A DNA stretch of 64,000 bases, from positions 3,623,957 to 3,687,956 of the forward strand of contig CAVNZM010000016.1 in NCBI GenBank assembly GCA_963693365.1, in the 5' to 3' direction. Under the pieces are notes generated by a model. It saw only the letters and a list, made by a program, of their open reading frames with translations, had not been told where the DNA came from and did no database searches. This DNA comes from Amoebidium appalachense. Lineage: Eukaryota; Protista; Ichthyosporea. A program made the translations under genes and the position numbers. This document shows, piece by piece, positions 32,744 to 44,958 of the stretch. The first letter of the stretch is position 1; every line of letters starts with the position of its first letter.

Positions 32744-34440
32744 CTATGAAACCCGTGCACGCTTGCGAGATACTTTTTTCTCCTTTGGTCTCCACACCTT
32801 CACCCTTCCATTCAGCCCTGCCGCCGCCATGACCCCCTCCTTCCACGAGAACCCCACCACTCGCTCCCACCAGTCTTCACTATCACCCAATCGAAGGATG
32901 CGAGACTCAGCAACCTCCACATGAGATGGACTTGGGAAAAACAGGCGGTACATTTGAAAAGTGCTTCTGGTGCGTACGCCGATAACGTCTGCGCTGTAAA
33001 ATCTTGCTTCGTCTATTTGCTCTGCAGTGTGATTTCCCACTAAAAGTGCCATGTGGGTACCGGGGATAGCATACTTGCCCTTCTCATCAACACAACGGAA
33101 ATGCCATCCCGAGGCGCCAGGGTTACGTGTTATGAGGCGCACCGTTCTACCAACCGGGAAGCAATCACGGCTGTACCTATCATCCTCTAGACCCATTATT
33201 TGGTAGATGGTTTGGCCGGTTGCTATGTCCATGACCGCACAGGCGTTCGTTGAAAAACATATGCACACCTCGTCGTTATAGTTCACCTCGATGCTATGCC
33301 CGCGAAATTGCATGTTGTCGGCAACCCACAACCTCGCACCAGACACGATATTCCATGCCGTAACGGTCTCCTTGCGAACTATCATAAGGCGGCTTCCGAT
33401 TATCGTAAAGACAATGTTGTCGCTGCGCGGATAAGGCTGCTCCACGGGAATCGTCTGAACACACGAGCTGTCGTCAGAGCTGTGTAATACGGCACGCGTG
33501 CACAGCCCGAGCTCCGCGTCTTCATACACCGCACACATGTATGCACCACCAAGAGTAACTGAGTGTAACCTTTCGATCCCGCCCTCTACGGAAAGCCAGG
33601 TACTGAGGACTGAACCCGTACAGGTGTCCCAGAGAAGGGCTCCAAAGTCTTCCCCGTCGGTTACCGTTCCTCCCAAAGCCCGTGTGCCATTAAATCCACC
33701 CAGGCAAGATCCGCGATCATTCCCTTCATTTCCACGCACTCGAGCTCCCCCCCAAACGCCTCAACCACCGACTCCGGGTCTTCCTTTGGCCAGGGCAGCA
33801 CGAAGTAGTCAAACTCATCCCTCAGGGCCTCCTCCTCCCCCTCGTCCTGCCGCCACCGCTGCATCTGCACGCCCGCACGGAGGAAATCGAGCACGTAGGC
33901 AAACAGTGCGGGGGAGCGGTCGATGAAGACGGTGCCGTCTGGGCGGGGGTTGACGGCGTGGCGGCCGCTGAACCATGCGGCCAGCATGGAGCCCGGCACC
34001 TTGGCCAGGGTGTGGCGGGTGGTGGCAAAGTGCGTGCCGCCCACGTCCAGCACCACCCGGTCTCTGCCCTGCGCCTCCAGCTGACCCACAGACGCACGCT
34101 CGGCCTCAAAGACCCTCCTGCCGGGGAGTGTTAAAGACTTGATATCCCAATGCAACACTTCAGTGCAGTACTTGACAACCCCCCCCCGCCCCCATACCTC
34201 CTCAAAAAAAAAAAAAAAAAAAGAAAAGAAAAAGAAAAAAAAAGAAAAGGAAAAAGGATAAGAACGAAAAAGAAATATGAGGGTCTTATGCCGGCAATTC
34301 CCAAGACACACGCACGCACGCACGCACGCACGCACGCACTTACGCACGCACACACACACACACACAGACCCCCCCCCCCCCGCCGCCAGCGTGCCCCCCC
34401 CCCCCCCCCCCCTCCTCCCCCCCCACACCATTGGAAACTA

Positions 34441-34474
<34 letters not shown>

Positions 34475-34510
34475 CCGTGGTGGTGGTGGTGGTGGTGGGT
34501 GTGTGTGTGT

Positions 34511-34541
<31 letters not shown>

Positions 34542-34910
34542 GGGGGGGGAGGGGGGGAGGGGGGAGGAGGCAGGTGGAGAGAGAATGAGCCCAAAGAACA
34601 GAAAACACAGAGCAGAACAAAAATGTAGTCACAGGGGAGCTGCAGTGTAGGTAGGGGGAGATGGATGACGCAAGAATACAAAGGGCTCGATGACCAAGAA
34701 ATTAGCAAGAGAAAAAAAGGACAGGGCAAAAAAGAGGACGAAAAAAAGGGCCCTTTTTTAGGATAAAAGACGGGGAAAAAAAAGGAAAAAAAAAAAAAAA
34801 AAAAGGAAGACCCGCAGCAGAAACATGACGACAAGAAGTAAAACCCGACTCGTGAGGGGAATCGTTGCAGAAGGAGGACGGAGTGTAATTGGGAAGGTGG
34901 GGGAAAGGAA

Positions 34911-34947
<37 letters not shown>

Positions 34948-35479
34948 GCAGATGGGGGATAAGAAGGGAGTGAGAGAGAGATGGGCGGTACAGGTCAAGG
35001 TTAATTCAGATGCAAGGTCACAACCAGTATGGTGAATTAGTACTTATGGAGGGAAAAAAAAAAAAAAAAAAAAAAAAAAAAGGAAACACAGAGTCACGAA
35101 TATTGCAGCCAAACGGAATAGGGAAAGAGAAAGAGAGAGGGATGGTGGATGGACATGTAGAGAAGAGAAGTTCGGGTGGAAATAATGGAACACAAACCCT
35201 ACATCCAGGTACAACAAGAGAGAAATAACGGAATGAGAATGAATCGGAAGAACACAGACTAGTTGAACAGATGACGGCATCGTGTGTGTGTGTTGGATTG
35301 GGGGGGGGGGGGGGGGGGGGGGGAGGAAAGAAAGAGAGTGGAGGGGGGGGGGGGGAGGTGACAAAGAGAGGGAGAGAGAGGGGGGGGGAGAATGGGAAGA
35401 AAGAGAGAGAGGGGGGGGGGAGATTGAGAGAGAGGGAGAGAGGGGGGGGGGGGAGGGAAGGAGGGAAGGAGGGGGGGGG

Positions 35480-35559
<80 letters not shown>

Positions 35560-35829
35560 AGAGAGAGGGGGGGGGGGGGGGGGTCTATCAGAAAAGGGAA
35601 ACGGGAAGAAGGCAGGCGCGAAAAGAGGGGGCGAGGAAGCAGGAGAGAGAGGCAGAGGTGGGGAGGGGAGGGGAGGGGAGGGGGGGGGGGTGGGGGGAGA
35701 TAGAGGCAGATGGAAAAGAGAACGAGACAGATACAGAAAAATAGACACAGAGGGATGGAGAGGAAGACTTTCCGGGAAAAGACTGGAGAGCGACTCAGGC
35801 TGAGACTGAGAGTGCAACTGAGAAAGAGA

Positions 35830-35861
<32 letters not shown>

Positions 35862-35930
35862 AGATAGAGAGCGAGAGAGAGAGGGGTGGGGGAGAGAGAG
35901 GAGGGTGTGTGTGTGAAACAGAAAGAGAGA

Positions 35931-35969
<39 letters not shown>

Positions 35970-36063
35970 CGCGAGAGAGAGAGAGAGAAAGAGAGAGGGA
36001 GAGCGAGAGAACGGGAGTGAGAGGGAGAAAGAGTGGGGAGAGAGAGAGGAGAGAAGGGGCGGG

Positions 36064-36094
<31 letters not shown>

Positions 36095-36621
36095 CGGGAG
36101 GGGGCGGAGGTGGTGGTGGTGGTGGGGGGGAAGACCTGGAGTTTGTGCCTGCCTACAAAGTATGTGTTTGCTGCTTACAAAAAGGCCATGTGCAGGCAGG
36201 CCCGAACCTATACACGTGGGGCTTTCTTCAAAATGCAAGAGGTGCACTTGTTCCCAACAGACACCGTTTCTACAACAACACAGTTAAAAACCCGTAGACA
36301 AAGTGGTTTTCGGAAACACAGATAGAAATAAGGGAGTGATCAGCGCATCTCCCCAAGGAAGTCTGCATAATCCACCCTCCATACACACACATAAACACAC
36401 ACACATACTCACGCACACGACCACAACCACCACCACCGGTGCCACCCCCATCCTCACCTCTCCTCGTCCAGCCTTGCCCTGTCTGCCTTCATTCTGTCTG
36501 CTGCAGCCAACAGGCCCTGTGCGTCGGCAGCCAAAGCCGCCAGCCGTAGCGCCAGCCCGCTGAGGTCTGCCCCTAGAGCCGTACTGTCCGCCACAAAACG
36601 TGCCACCGCCTCGACGTCCAT
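32744..36621 (-). CDS. KCTD-type BTB/POZ (T1) domain protein with N-terminal coiled coil and C-terminal WD40/beta-propeller-like region; one frameshift near 33695
   Basis: Exon 36621-36458 (MDVEAVARF..RARLDEER) splices in phase to 34117. Motifs VVLDVGGTHFATTRHTLAKVPGSMLAAWFSG, FIDRSPALFAYVLDFLR and LRDEFDYF. Reading continues in the adjacent frame (ORF 32744-33739: ALLWDTCTG, TAWNIVSG, VMDIATGQ, GRVKVW) and ends in basic KKVSRKRAR. Confidence 0.8.
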
Positions 36622-36939
36622 GTTGACAAAGGGTGGTTTGGCTTCCCTACAAGCACTATAATTCGCCCAAAATGATGTGTATTGTGTAGCCTCTACTTAC
36701 AGTGTGTATTATGTGTCTGCAGCTGAATAGCTTATTGAAAAAACACACTCCGTTTGAATGTCATCAAAGTTTCTGTCACAGTGAGGCGAGTGCGGTCCTC
36801 CGGGGCCACTCCAGTGCTCGGTCAGGACGCAACACATGTACAGACTGAGCCGGAACACTTGTGGGTTTATGTCAAGTGTGCTATTTAGGAGGCCTTGCTG
36901 TTTACTCGAGGCAAAGTACAAACACTCGTCGCCTATCCG

Positions 36940-37287
36940 CACCTGCCATCTGAGAGGTGTGGGGAGGGGTTTTGGGCCAGGCCGGGCCGGGCAGCCCGGC
37001 CCGTCGATTTTTCGGGCCAGGAACAGGCCAGCCCGGGCTCAAGAATATACCATATATAAGGTGTTTGCGGAATACGTTTGCGCAAAATCCTTCTGACCTA
37101 ACATGGGGGTCCGTTACCGCACCGTACCATGTGACGTCACTTATGCACTTGGGGGGGGTGGAGAGGGGGGGTCTAGCCCAAACTGCCCTTGGCCCGGCCC
37201 AAACATTTTTCAGGCCGAGCCGGGCAGCCCGGCCCGTGCATTTTTCGGGCCAGATTGGGCCGGGCAGGCCGGCCCGCCACACCTCTG
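36940..37287. mobile_element. hAT-like MITE with 8-bp TSD
   Basis: Direct repeat CCTATCCG at 36932-36939 and 37288-37295. Inverted ends AGAGGTGTGG (36953-36962) and CCACACCTCT(G) (37277-37287); the left TIR appears interrupted by about 12 nt. Many GGCCCGGCCC/GGGCCGGGC subterminal motifs and a ~35-bp internal direct repeat (about 36986-37020 and 37219-37253). No ORF. Confidence 0.7.
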
Positions 37288-38985
37288 CCTATCCGGGCCT
37301 ATCGGAACAATGATTGGTTACCAGCGCATTCGTTAGGAATGTAACCAAATATAGCTCTTCAAGATAGAAGAAGATTGGTTGAGCGCCACCTGTCGTTACG
37401 TTGTTTGTGTATGTGCTAGGTTGTGCCACTTGATTCACTCCGACTGTCCGACTGCCGGAAATCCCACATCCCAACACATACAGTTATAGTGAACAGAACA
37501 CAAGACGCGAAGCTGCAGCACGTCGTGCCTGAATATACGGAATCAGAATAGTCATGGTCATAGAGAGTTCTCCAGTATGCCGTAGTCTTTTCTGTGCCAA
37601 AGTTAGTATAATGCACCTGCAACCGTAAATTCGTTTCACAATTAACCGATCACCTGTAACCATGGTCGTGTGGAGAGTAGGCCTAGGCAACCATTCAACG
37701 GTGACACCCACGTCATAACTGTGCTATATAATAGCCATACGTCGTTAACAGCTATGTTTTTCAACAGGTTGTTGTCGCCGCGTGAGCTAACAGGTACTGA
37801 CCTGTCTCTCGTTGAACTACAGTCAAAGCCTTCGTCTCGTTTGCGGACTGAAAAGAAAAGTTAGACGCAAAAAGAGAGACAGCTCAGTAGCTGTTAGCCG
37901 CGTGAGTTGCAGGCTACCGTCACACTGTGGTTGAAGCCGTGAAAACTTGCACCCAGTTATATACACCTCTAGATCTCTGATGCTCTTTGTCTATTATAAC
38001 ATGGTGTTTCTGCATGCCCATTTCTCGGCGTCCCCCGTACGCGCGTGCATATACCTACAAAATACATAAAACCACCCACCAAAACAGTTAAGCCATTGTA
38101 TGCTTTGCAGAGGTAAAAAAAAAACCAAGAACTTGTTCACTTACCACTGAAGGAACACACGTGGAAAAACACCTTGTCAGTGGACACTCTGACTCAAACC
38201 GGACTCTGTGGATAAATAAAAGCAACCAACCACTAAAGGAGAATCAAACTTCACCACCGGCGAGATCTTTTGCGTAACTGGAAACAATTGCGACTATTTA
38301 GATGTATGATTTTTTATAAAAATCTAAAAAGTTTTATATTTTAACTTTTTGTCTGATCTGTATGCAAAATAGAAAGCCAATCAGCGTGTGCCTACAAACT
38401 TTGCTAATTAATTTAGCAATTAGGTTAAGCAACCAATCATCGAACGCAAAAGCATGACCGATGTTGTCTGCAGCTTTTCGAATAATTTTTTTGCCTAGAG
38501 AGCCTCTTATTACTAGTTTCTATAGGTAAATATAGATTTACTCCTATTACGAAATACATTTGTTCTCCTTCCACGCTGCAGCCATCCTTTTGGGTGCGTC
38601 AGGCCAGCTTTTTTTGAAACACTCGACATGATCTGGCGGTAGTAGACACGTGTACACAAACGAGGAAGCCTACCGATTGGTTCCCCGTCTTCTTGGAATG
38701 CAATGACGCAGCCCTAAATCGCAGATGAGCTCAATTTGCTCTCTTCCTATTGGAAAACTGTCATTCAGTCCTCTTCGCCAATCTAACGCCAAAAGGTGCG
38801 TGTTTTGATTGGCTGCGGCCTGTCCTCGTCTCACCATTTCAACAGCATTCGGCCGCTCAAAACAGTCATAACAGCAGCGGCGCTAAAAGCAACGGGGTCA
38901 CATCTTGCCCCTCCCTTATATTTTTTTACATTTCCTCGGGTGACGGGGGCAGAGTCCACCTCACTTCAAAGCGCCAGACATAAGC

Positions 38986-39610
38986 ATGTTCGCGCTCACA
39001 TACGCCGCCTACAGCGCTCTCAAGCTGCTCAGTCCCCTGGGGCTAGGACCCAAGGAGGAGGGAGAACCCACAGATGTTGGCTCGGCTGTTGGTAGAGTGG
39101 GTTACACTCTTAGCGATCGGGTTTTCGTGTTGGGTAAGGGTCTCGGTGGGGTGGAAGCCGAGAAGAGACACGCAAGCAACGCTGTAGGCGTTAATGGTAG
39201 TGTTACAAAGTTCGCTAAGACAGAGAATGCTCTTGGCGCTCACTCTGCTGTTCTTGCATCGGCCGAACAGGGAGAGAAGGTGACTGTGTTCACAGACAGC
39301 AGCAGCCTCGTTCCCCTCATCGCCACCATCCAAGACCTGAAAGACAGCCACGCGCCCGTTGTCTTCCACGTAGCGGCGTCGGAGGTCGATGTTTTGAACG
39401 TGCACGCTGACGGGACTGTTATTCTGGCATCTCAGACTGCCCAGGAGGCGTATGATCTTTCCATCGCCGCCACCGTTATTGCTCGGGTCACAAAGACCCC
39501 CGTTATCCACTTCCACGATGGCCAGGTGACTGCTAAGTCGCCAGTGCGTTTCATCGCTGAGGAGAAGTTGAAAGGCAAGCTCTCCTCCCCCCCTCTCCTC
39601 CCCTCAGCCC

Positions 39611-39650
<40 letters not shown>

Positions 39651-40748
39651 TTTCCTCTCCCCCTTCTGCGCCTCTGCCACTTTTCTTGTTTTGATGGTTA
39701 CCTGCTATGCCGAGGACCTTTTCTCTGGTTTGAGAGAGGACTTTGTTTCAGTGTAGGTATGCTTAGAACTCAAGCAAAGCGTGGGATGGGTTTTTAAGAG
39801 AGCGATTGTAAAGCATGTGACTTGCCATTGAAGCAACGTTTCTTAACGTTTAAATACCTCTATCCTATTCGCATATTTTCAAATATAACTTGAACCGATA
39901 ACGTTTCTTAACGTTTATAGTTTCTTGTTTCCCTCTGCTCCATAATAACACGAGCCGCCTGCCTCCCTCCAGACGTTCTCGAGGAGGAATCAGTGGAGGG
40001 TGCCGACGTATGGGAGGTCGTTGACGGCATCTTCGAGAGGCTCTCTTCTCTCCTGGGTCGCCGCTACTGCGCCTTCGAGTACTTCGGTGCCGCAGATGCC
40101 AAGCATGTCGTCATTGCCGCCGGTGTGACTGGTACCGTCGTTGCCGAGACCGCAGCCCACCTCCAGAAAACTGAAAAGAAGTCTGTTGGTGTCCTTGCTG
40201 TTCGCGTTGTCCGCCCATGGTCCGCCACACACGCCATTGAGGCCCTTCCCGCCACTGCCCAGCGCATTGCTGTTCTGCAGGGTGGGGCTGAGGGTGGGTG
40301 GGGCCCTCTCTACCTGGACGTGGTTGCGTCTGTGCACACTGTGCAGAAGTCTTGGGCCAACGGGGCTGCCCCAGCTGTTGCTTCTGGCAATGTTGAGGGC
40401 AGTGTGTTCTCCCCTGCCATGGCTAAGGTGTGTGTGCTTTACCCCCCCCCCCCCCCCCCCCCCCCCCCAGGCACCCACCCACACACAAACACCCTCTGTA
40501 TGGTCTTTGCCTTTTCCGCCTTTTTTTCTCTCCCTCCCCTCGGTTCCCCCCCTCCCCCCCCCCCCCCCCCCCCCCATTATACTTACACATCACCACCCTT
40601 CACATCACTTACAAGCAAAAAAGCTCTTCAGCCACCCTGTCGTCCTTCTCTCTCTCTTCCTCTTCCCTGCTGTCCCCTTCTAACCCTCCTCCTCTTCCCT
40701 TGGTTAATCCACCGTGCATTCCCGACCGAACCAACATGATTGCCCGTA

Positions 40749-40782
<34 letters not shown>

Positions 40783-42397
40783 CCCCCGGCCTTTCCCACT
40801 GCCCTTGCCTGCATAAGCAACCCTGCTCGTCTCTGATCAAGACGGGTGACCTACCCATGTTCGAGTGAAACAGTATCTGAGCTGGGTTTCGTTAACGAGG
40901 TGAATAGGTCGAAACTCGGGTACTGTGGATGACGTGGGCCCCCCCTGAGAATGGGCTCTCCTTATTATGCATACTCTTTATGTATAGCTTGCATTCTGCA
41001 TCGTGTTATCCGTTTGTTCTTGTGTACTTCGTACGTAATGACGCATTCACCCCCCCCCCCCCCCCCCCCCCCCCCCCTTCGGCAGCCTTCCTGCAGGCAC
41101 GCCACGACCACCACCGCCTCCTTGCCCTCATTTTTTTACCTCCATAAACTTACCCATTTCCATCCCCACAGGCCATCTTCGACAGCCTCTCCTCCTCCAG
41201 CCCCAAGAACAGCTTTGTTGTTGGCCCGGACCCATCTGCCCTCCAGGGCAAGGAGCTCTCTGCCCAGGCCGCAGCCGTCAATGTCACCGACGCCCCTCAG
41301 GCCGACAACCCCTACGTGAAGATGCTTCACCAGCTGTTCCGCGATCGCTTGGAGGTCGCAAACGAGGTCGGACAGGCCACCGTGTGGGGCCAGGGCGCCC
41401 AGGGTAGCGTGGAGTACGGTTATGGTGTGCATCTGGCCAACATCCAGCGCCGCGCAAAGCTCGCCGCCCACGTCACTTCGCTACTGGCTGACAAGGATGC
41501 ACCTGCGTCGGAGGAGCTCCGCTCCGCTCTCTCTGATTGGCTCGCGGTGCGCGATGACGCGCGAAAGGTCGGCGCCGCCGCCGGAAAGGCCCAGAAGATT
41601 CTCGAAGTCGAGGGGGGCAAGACGGATGCCTTGGCCGATCTTACGGCCAGTGCACAGCTTCTCAACAAGCCTTCTCGGTGGCTGATTGGCTCCGATGATT
41701 GGGCGCGTGATGTCGGCGACAGCGGTATTCATCACGTGATTTCTTCCGGCGAGGATGTGAACGTGCTTGTGATTGACACGCAGCCGTACTCGCTGAGCAA
41801 GAGGAACGACTTTGAGAAGTTCAAGAGGGACATTGGGCTCTACGCCATGAACTATGGCGGTTGCTACGTGGCGTCTGTTGCTGTGTATTCGTCGTACACT
41901 CAGGTGGGTGAGAGATGAAAAAAAAGGGAGCGGGAAAACGAGCTTTTTCGTCTTTTTTTTTATTTTTTTATTATTTTTATTTTTACAATTTCTCTTGTGC
42001 TCGTCCTTGTGATTGCCGGACGTGTGCAGCGGCACACCAATTTTACTGGATACTTGCTGCCATTCAAGCAAGCTTGCATATTGCTCTTCCCCTTTGCCCC
42101 TCCCTCCCTCCCTCCCTCCTTTCTTCCCACCCTTCTTCAACCCCTCTTCAACCCCCGTCTGTACGCTCTTCAGTTCCTCACCTCCTGCTAACCACATATC
42201 TTCTCCCCCCCCCCCCCCTCACCTCCTGCTAACCACATATCTTCTCCCCCCCCCCCCCCCCCCCGGGACCCAACACATTCACCTGCCACATGCACATAAC
42301 ACATTCACCTGCCACATGCACATGCACTCCCCCCTCCCCCCCCCCCCCCCCCCCCCCCCCCCCTTCCTGTTGCCCCCCTTCCCCCGCCCCCAAGCGA

Positions 42398-42446
<49 letters not shown>

Positions 42447-42701
42447 CCATACACGCATACAGGCGATCAAGGCCTTCCAGGAAGCCGATGCCTTTGTGGG
42501 CCCATCCATCGTGCTCGCCTACCTGCCTGAGGTGCAGGCCACGTCTGAGAGTGTGCCCCTCGAGATGCTCAAGGAGACGAAGAAGTCCGTCGACGCTGGT
42601 CTGTGGCCCCTCTACCGCTGGAACCCCAAGGTGGTCATCCCATACTCAATCCCACCCCCCCCCCCCTCCCCCCCTCCAAACGCACACCCGTTTTTTCCTT
42701 T

Positions 42702-42732
<31 letters not shown>

Positions 42733-43508
42733 ACCCCGCTTGCTGCTGTTAGCTTCTAAGATGATGATACCTTGGAGCACCTCTAAGATTATAATTTCAA
42801 TAGTTCCATCCCCTGCAGCGCCCGTTGTTAGTGTTTGTTTCGTTTTCCCTACTCTATTCTAACCTTCCCACTTCTTTAAAATACTGTGTTTCGTTTTCCC
42901 TACTCTATTCTAACCTTCCCACTTCTTTAAAATACACACACACACATACACGTACACTCACACACACGTACACGTACACTCACACACACGTACACGTACA
43001 CTCACACACACGTACACGTACACGTACACTCACACACACTTACAGCTCGAGGAGCAGGGCAAGGAGTGCTTCAGCCTTGACAGCGTGTCTATCAAGAAGT
43101 CCCTTTCGGACTTCCTCGAGCGCCACAACAACCTCTCGCAGCTTGCTAAGGAGGCCGCCACCTACGCACCCGCCCTCGCAAAATCCACAAAGACTGTTCT
43201 GGAAGCGCAGCACGTGGCGGCTCACGACAAGGCCGCCGCCGCTTTCGCCGCCCTCGCGGGAGGACTCAACTCTGAGCCCCTCTTGGTTCTCTTCGGTTCC
43301 GACACTGGAAACGGTGAGGGTGTTGCTAGGCATTTGGCGTCTGGCGCATCTCTTCGCGGTCTGTCTGTGCGGTGCATGGCCGCGGAGGAGTTTGCTGTGG
43401 ATGATTTGCCCCTCGAGCCCAATGTGATCTTTGTGGTGTCGACGGCTGGGCAAGGAGAGTTCCCTGCAAACAGCAAGGAGTTCTGGAAGGGCCTCCAGGT
43501 AATTTGCT

Positions 43509-43552
<44 letters not shown>

Positions 43553-44310
43553 ACCCCCCACCCTCCCTCCCCCATTCGTAGTTGCTGTTGAACTAAATCT
43601 CACCTATTAAGGTTTACACTTGTGACTTAATAGAAACCTTTCCGTGAACCTCCCCCCCCCCCCTCCCCCCCCCCCCCTCCACACACAAAAACCCCTCTTC
43701 CTCTTCCCCCCTCCCTTTCCCCAACCGATTGTTACGTTTCACTCACTCACCTGCCCCTCTCCCAATCCCGGCAGTCTGCCACCACGCCGCTCAACAACAC
43801 GCGCTTCTCCGTGTTTGCCCTCGGTGACAGCCACTACTGGCCCCGCCCCGAGGAGAAGATCTACTTTGCCAAGCCGGGCAGGGACCTTGATGAGAGGCTG
43901 GAGGTGATGGGTGGCCAGAGGATGGTGGCCCTGGGTCTGGGTGACGACCAGCACGAGGATGGGTACTGGACGTCCTACAAGGAGTGGGAGCCTGAGGTGT
44001 GTGTGACTGCTACTTCTTTCCCCCCTACACATGCACACACACACCACACACATACACACACGCAGGCATGCAGATATACATCACCACATGTACGTATAGC
44101 AAACACGGCCTCCTGATTCGATTCTCTCACCTCCTGCTTTCCATACGTGCGCCCAGCAACGCACTTGATTACATGTTATAAGGCATGCATAAGACTTGCC
44201 GGGCCTCACCACACACCGGGCCTCACCACACGTGTAGCAGATGTGTGCATAACCCACAGCCTATCCCTCGTGACCAACACACGCACGCACACACACACAT
44301 TCACTCCCGT

Positions 44311-44346
<36 letters not shown>

Positions 44347-44926
44347 AATACCCATATCCATCCCCATCCCCATCCCCATTCCAATCCCCACCTCCCCCCA
44401 CAACAAAAAACACGCAGTGACACACACACACACCATACTCCCAACTCACACACATCCCCCATTTACTCCATGCAGATCTGGAAGGCACTTGGTGTAGACA
44501 AGGTCCAGGTGGGCGAAGGCCCTGCCAAAAAGACGGACGACGACATGAAGCGCGGCTCCAACTTCCTCCGCGGGACCATCCTTGAGGGTCTCGCAGACAC
44601 GTCCACGGGCGCCCTGTGCGAGACGGACACCAAGCTCACCAAGTTCCACGGTATCTATCAGCAGGACGACCGCGATCTTCGTGAGGAACGCCGCAAGCAA
44701 GGTCTCGAGAAGGCCTTCTCCTTCATGATCCGCGTGCGCGTCCCCCGGCGGCGTCTCTACGGCGGCTCAGTGGCTCGCCATGGACGCTTTGTGCGACAGC
44801 CACGCCAACGGCACGATTAAGCTCACTACCCGCCAGGCGTACCAGCTGCACGGTGTGATTAAGCGCAACCTGAAGCCCGCCATCCAGGCGATCAACGCCG
44901 CTTTGATGGACACGCTCGCGGCGTGC

Positions 44927-44958
<32 letters not shown>

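Noticed and set aside
38647-38652. CACGTG E-box as a Cbf1-like MET regulon site upstream of MET5
   Set aside because: CACGTG is very frequent in this CA/GT-rich window, so one occurrence is uninformative.
40801-40930. U1 snRNA or C/D snoRNA identity for the intronic element (CTTGCCTG, TGATCAAG, GAAACTCG; GATGA...CTGA)
   Set aside because: The matches are short, the spacing is wrong, and there is no ACTTACC 5' end, Sm site or canonical RTGATGA box. Not supportable without a covariance-model search.
42176-42934. Short intronic tandem duplications (about 42176-42262 and 42837-42934; also 31665-31720)
   Set aside because: Real but ordinary slippage duplications that include no exon sequence or splice site.
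44742-44746. Programmed frameshift or pseudogenisation in the sulfite reductase
   Set aside because: A single extra C in a homopolymer within the conserved RVRVPGG motif of an otherwise intact gene is most simply a sequencing error.
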